Source of the DNA: Nostoc sp. DedSLP01
Lineage (GTDB): Bacteria > Cyanobacteriota > Cyanobacteriia > Cyanobacteriales > Nostocaceae
NCBI GenBank assembly: GCA_034530875.2
Contig: JAVRCJ020000015.1
Coordinates: 133,580-197,579 of the forward strand
DNA length: 64,000 nucleotides
Direction: 5' to 3'
The notes below the pieces were generated by a model. The model searched no databases, was not told where the DNA came from, and was given only the letters and a program-made list of their open reading frames with translations. Position 1 is the stretch's first letter. The number at the start of each line of letters is the position of its first letter. A program made the position numbers and the translations under genes. This document shows, piece by piece, positions 62,643 through 64,000 of the stretch.

Positions 62643-63437
62643 TTAATTACTACGTGGTACGCGTTCAATCTCAGCATATCCACTAAAAATAAGCTTTTGA
62701 CCTTCAGTTTCTAATCGGTTCAGCCGCATTTTCACCCCATCAAGGTCAAAGCGGTCTAAATCGACCATATTATCCAAAATTTCTACCAGCGCTAGGCTTA
62801 AGGTATTAGAGATTTCCTGTTGTGCTTCTGGCACTTGGTCAAGTTCGATTTTCGGGTTTTGGAAAGAAACTCGCCGCCGCTTTTCAATGCCTATGGTTAC
62901 AGTCATACTTAAGGGGACAAGTTCGCCATTATTTAAATCTGCCTTTGCTATCAGCTGCAACCGATTTTCAGGCAATAACTTTACCCTGACTTCCGTAAAG
63001 GAAACTGGTTCTCCACCAGATAACGCTGTTAAAGCAGGCACAGAGAGGTTAAGCAGCCGCTTTTTCACTAGTTCCGCATTGAAGGCTTGGTTAATGCCTG
63101 TTTCTGATAAAATTACTTGAGCAACCGCTTGAGTAGGTTGCTTGAGATTAAGTTTGCCACTTAAAACCGACCCAAAGTCAATAGCAACCGCATCGGTTTC
63201 AAATGACATTTCCTCCACCGCGAAATCTCTGCGGATTACCAAGCCACGGCCGGTCATTTTGAAGCTATCAATGCTGCCTTGTAAAAGTTTGCTAGAGGGA
63301 TAGCAACGCACAAAGACTTCTACTGACTCGCTTTGGGTAAACAAGTGGCGAATCGTTTGGCTGGCGACCGTGTTGAGCATTTGCTCTCCCCAATCTGTGC
63401 CTTTAGGATTTTGTAAACCAGTAAGTCCGCCGAACAT
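62643..63437 (-). CDS. DUF2993 (LmeA-like) domain protein
   Basis: KLLQGSIDSF and LDRFDLDG motifs; ATG at 63437. Confidence 0.8.
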   Translation of the reverse strand: MFGGLTGLQNPKGTDWGEQMLNTVASQTIRHLFTQSESVEVFVRCYPSSKLLQGSIDSFKMTGRGLVIRRDFAVEEMSFETDAVAIDFGSVLSGKLNLKQPTQAVAQVILSETGINQAFNAELVKKRLLNLSVPALTALSGGEPVSFTEVRVKLLPENRLQLIAKADLNNGELVPLSMTVTIGIEKRRRVSFQNPKIELDQVPEAQQEISNTLSLALVEILDNMVDLDRFDLDGVKMRLNRLETEGQKLIFSGYAEIERVPRSN

Positions 63438-63534
63438 GTGGTTTTTAGTCTCTAGAAGTTCTTTGTACTTTTGTAACAAATTGTGAAGAATACAGCAAGC
63501 GATCCCACGATTGATTGTCCTGATAGGTAGGCGT

Positions 63535-63575
63535 AGAATAGCTGATGATTACAACTTAGATGTATCAGATATTAC
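63535..63575 (-). promoter_or_regulatory. Putative NtcA-activated (class II) promoter
   Basis: GTA-N8-TAC at 63562-63575, 21-nt spacer, then TATTCT -10 box on the minus strand. Confidence 0.6.
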
Positions 63576-63849
63576 TTTTTAGTTTGGTAGTGGGAATAAT
63601 TGAACTAGGTTATCAATTAAGATTCTCAACACTACTTAAGTATCATACAGCGAAATATTCTAGAACTTGCCAAGTTTAGAAGATATCAATATGATAGTTT
63701 CTCATTTTTCATCCTCCAAAGTTGCCATCTTCTCAGCAACCTAGTATCGCTACCAAAATACTCAGCAACTCTTCTATATCAGCAGGAACACGATATAAAT
63801 TCAAGTCTTGAGTTATTTGTTTATCTTCTCGATTCAATAAGCGAAATTG

Positions 63850-64000
63850 CTAAATATCCCCTGTGGAAACAGCCCCCTGTAAATTTGGCTCTTGAGAGTC
63901 AGTCCACGCACCAATAGTAATCAGCTGACGGGGTGACAAGGAGTCTGGAAGGACTGGTATATCAAGATGTGACGATTGTACGGTAGAAAAAGATAGGTCA
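63850..64000 (-). CDS. 3' end of an unidentified gene running off the window (...SPRQLITIGAWTDSQEPNLQGAVSTGDI*)
   Basis: Open frame from the window edge to a TAG at 63850-63852. Confidence 0.4.
   Translation of the reverse strand, partial: DLSFSTVQSSHLDIPVLPDSLSPRQLITIGAWTDSQEPNLQGAVSTGDI

Overview
This 64-kb chromosomal window comes from a filamentous, probably heterocyst-forming (Nostoc-like) cyanobacterium. The assignment rests on very frequent HIP1 octamers (GCGATCGC), heptameric STRR tandem repeats and typical cyanobacterial genes. Housekeeping loci include glcD, miaA, gyrB, sigA, an hli gene, a ParC-like GyrA paralog, radC, a phosphoribulokinase-family gene, hflX and grxC. Accessory content falls into five blocks. 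(1) A co-oriented four-gene lipid-oxidation cluster (alpha-dioxygenase-like heme enzyme, catalase-fold protein, GMC oxidoreductase, patatin lipase) at 28.4-35.3 kb is the best candidate for an undescribed pathway. (2) A prolyl-hydroxylase-like 2OG-Fe(II) oxygenase lies next to an (Ala-Pro)n PEP-CTERM surface protein. (3) A secreted 20-aa-repeat Arg/Trp/Pro/Asn protein lies upstream of a MacAB-TolC-type exporter with an embedded VOC gene. (4) A plasmid-like islet separates a FluG-like glutamine-synthetase/amidohydrolase pair. (5) A small paralogous microprotein family is present, including an ORF missing from the ORF track. Many MITE- and REP-like elements are dispersed through the window. No rRNA, tRNA or CRISPR array was recognised. 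All functional calls come from motif recognition by eye; no database searches were run.
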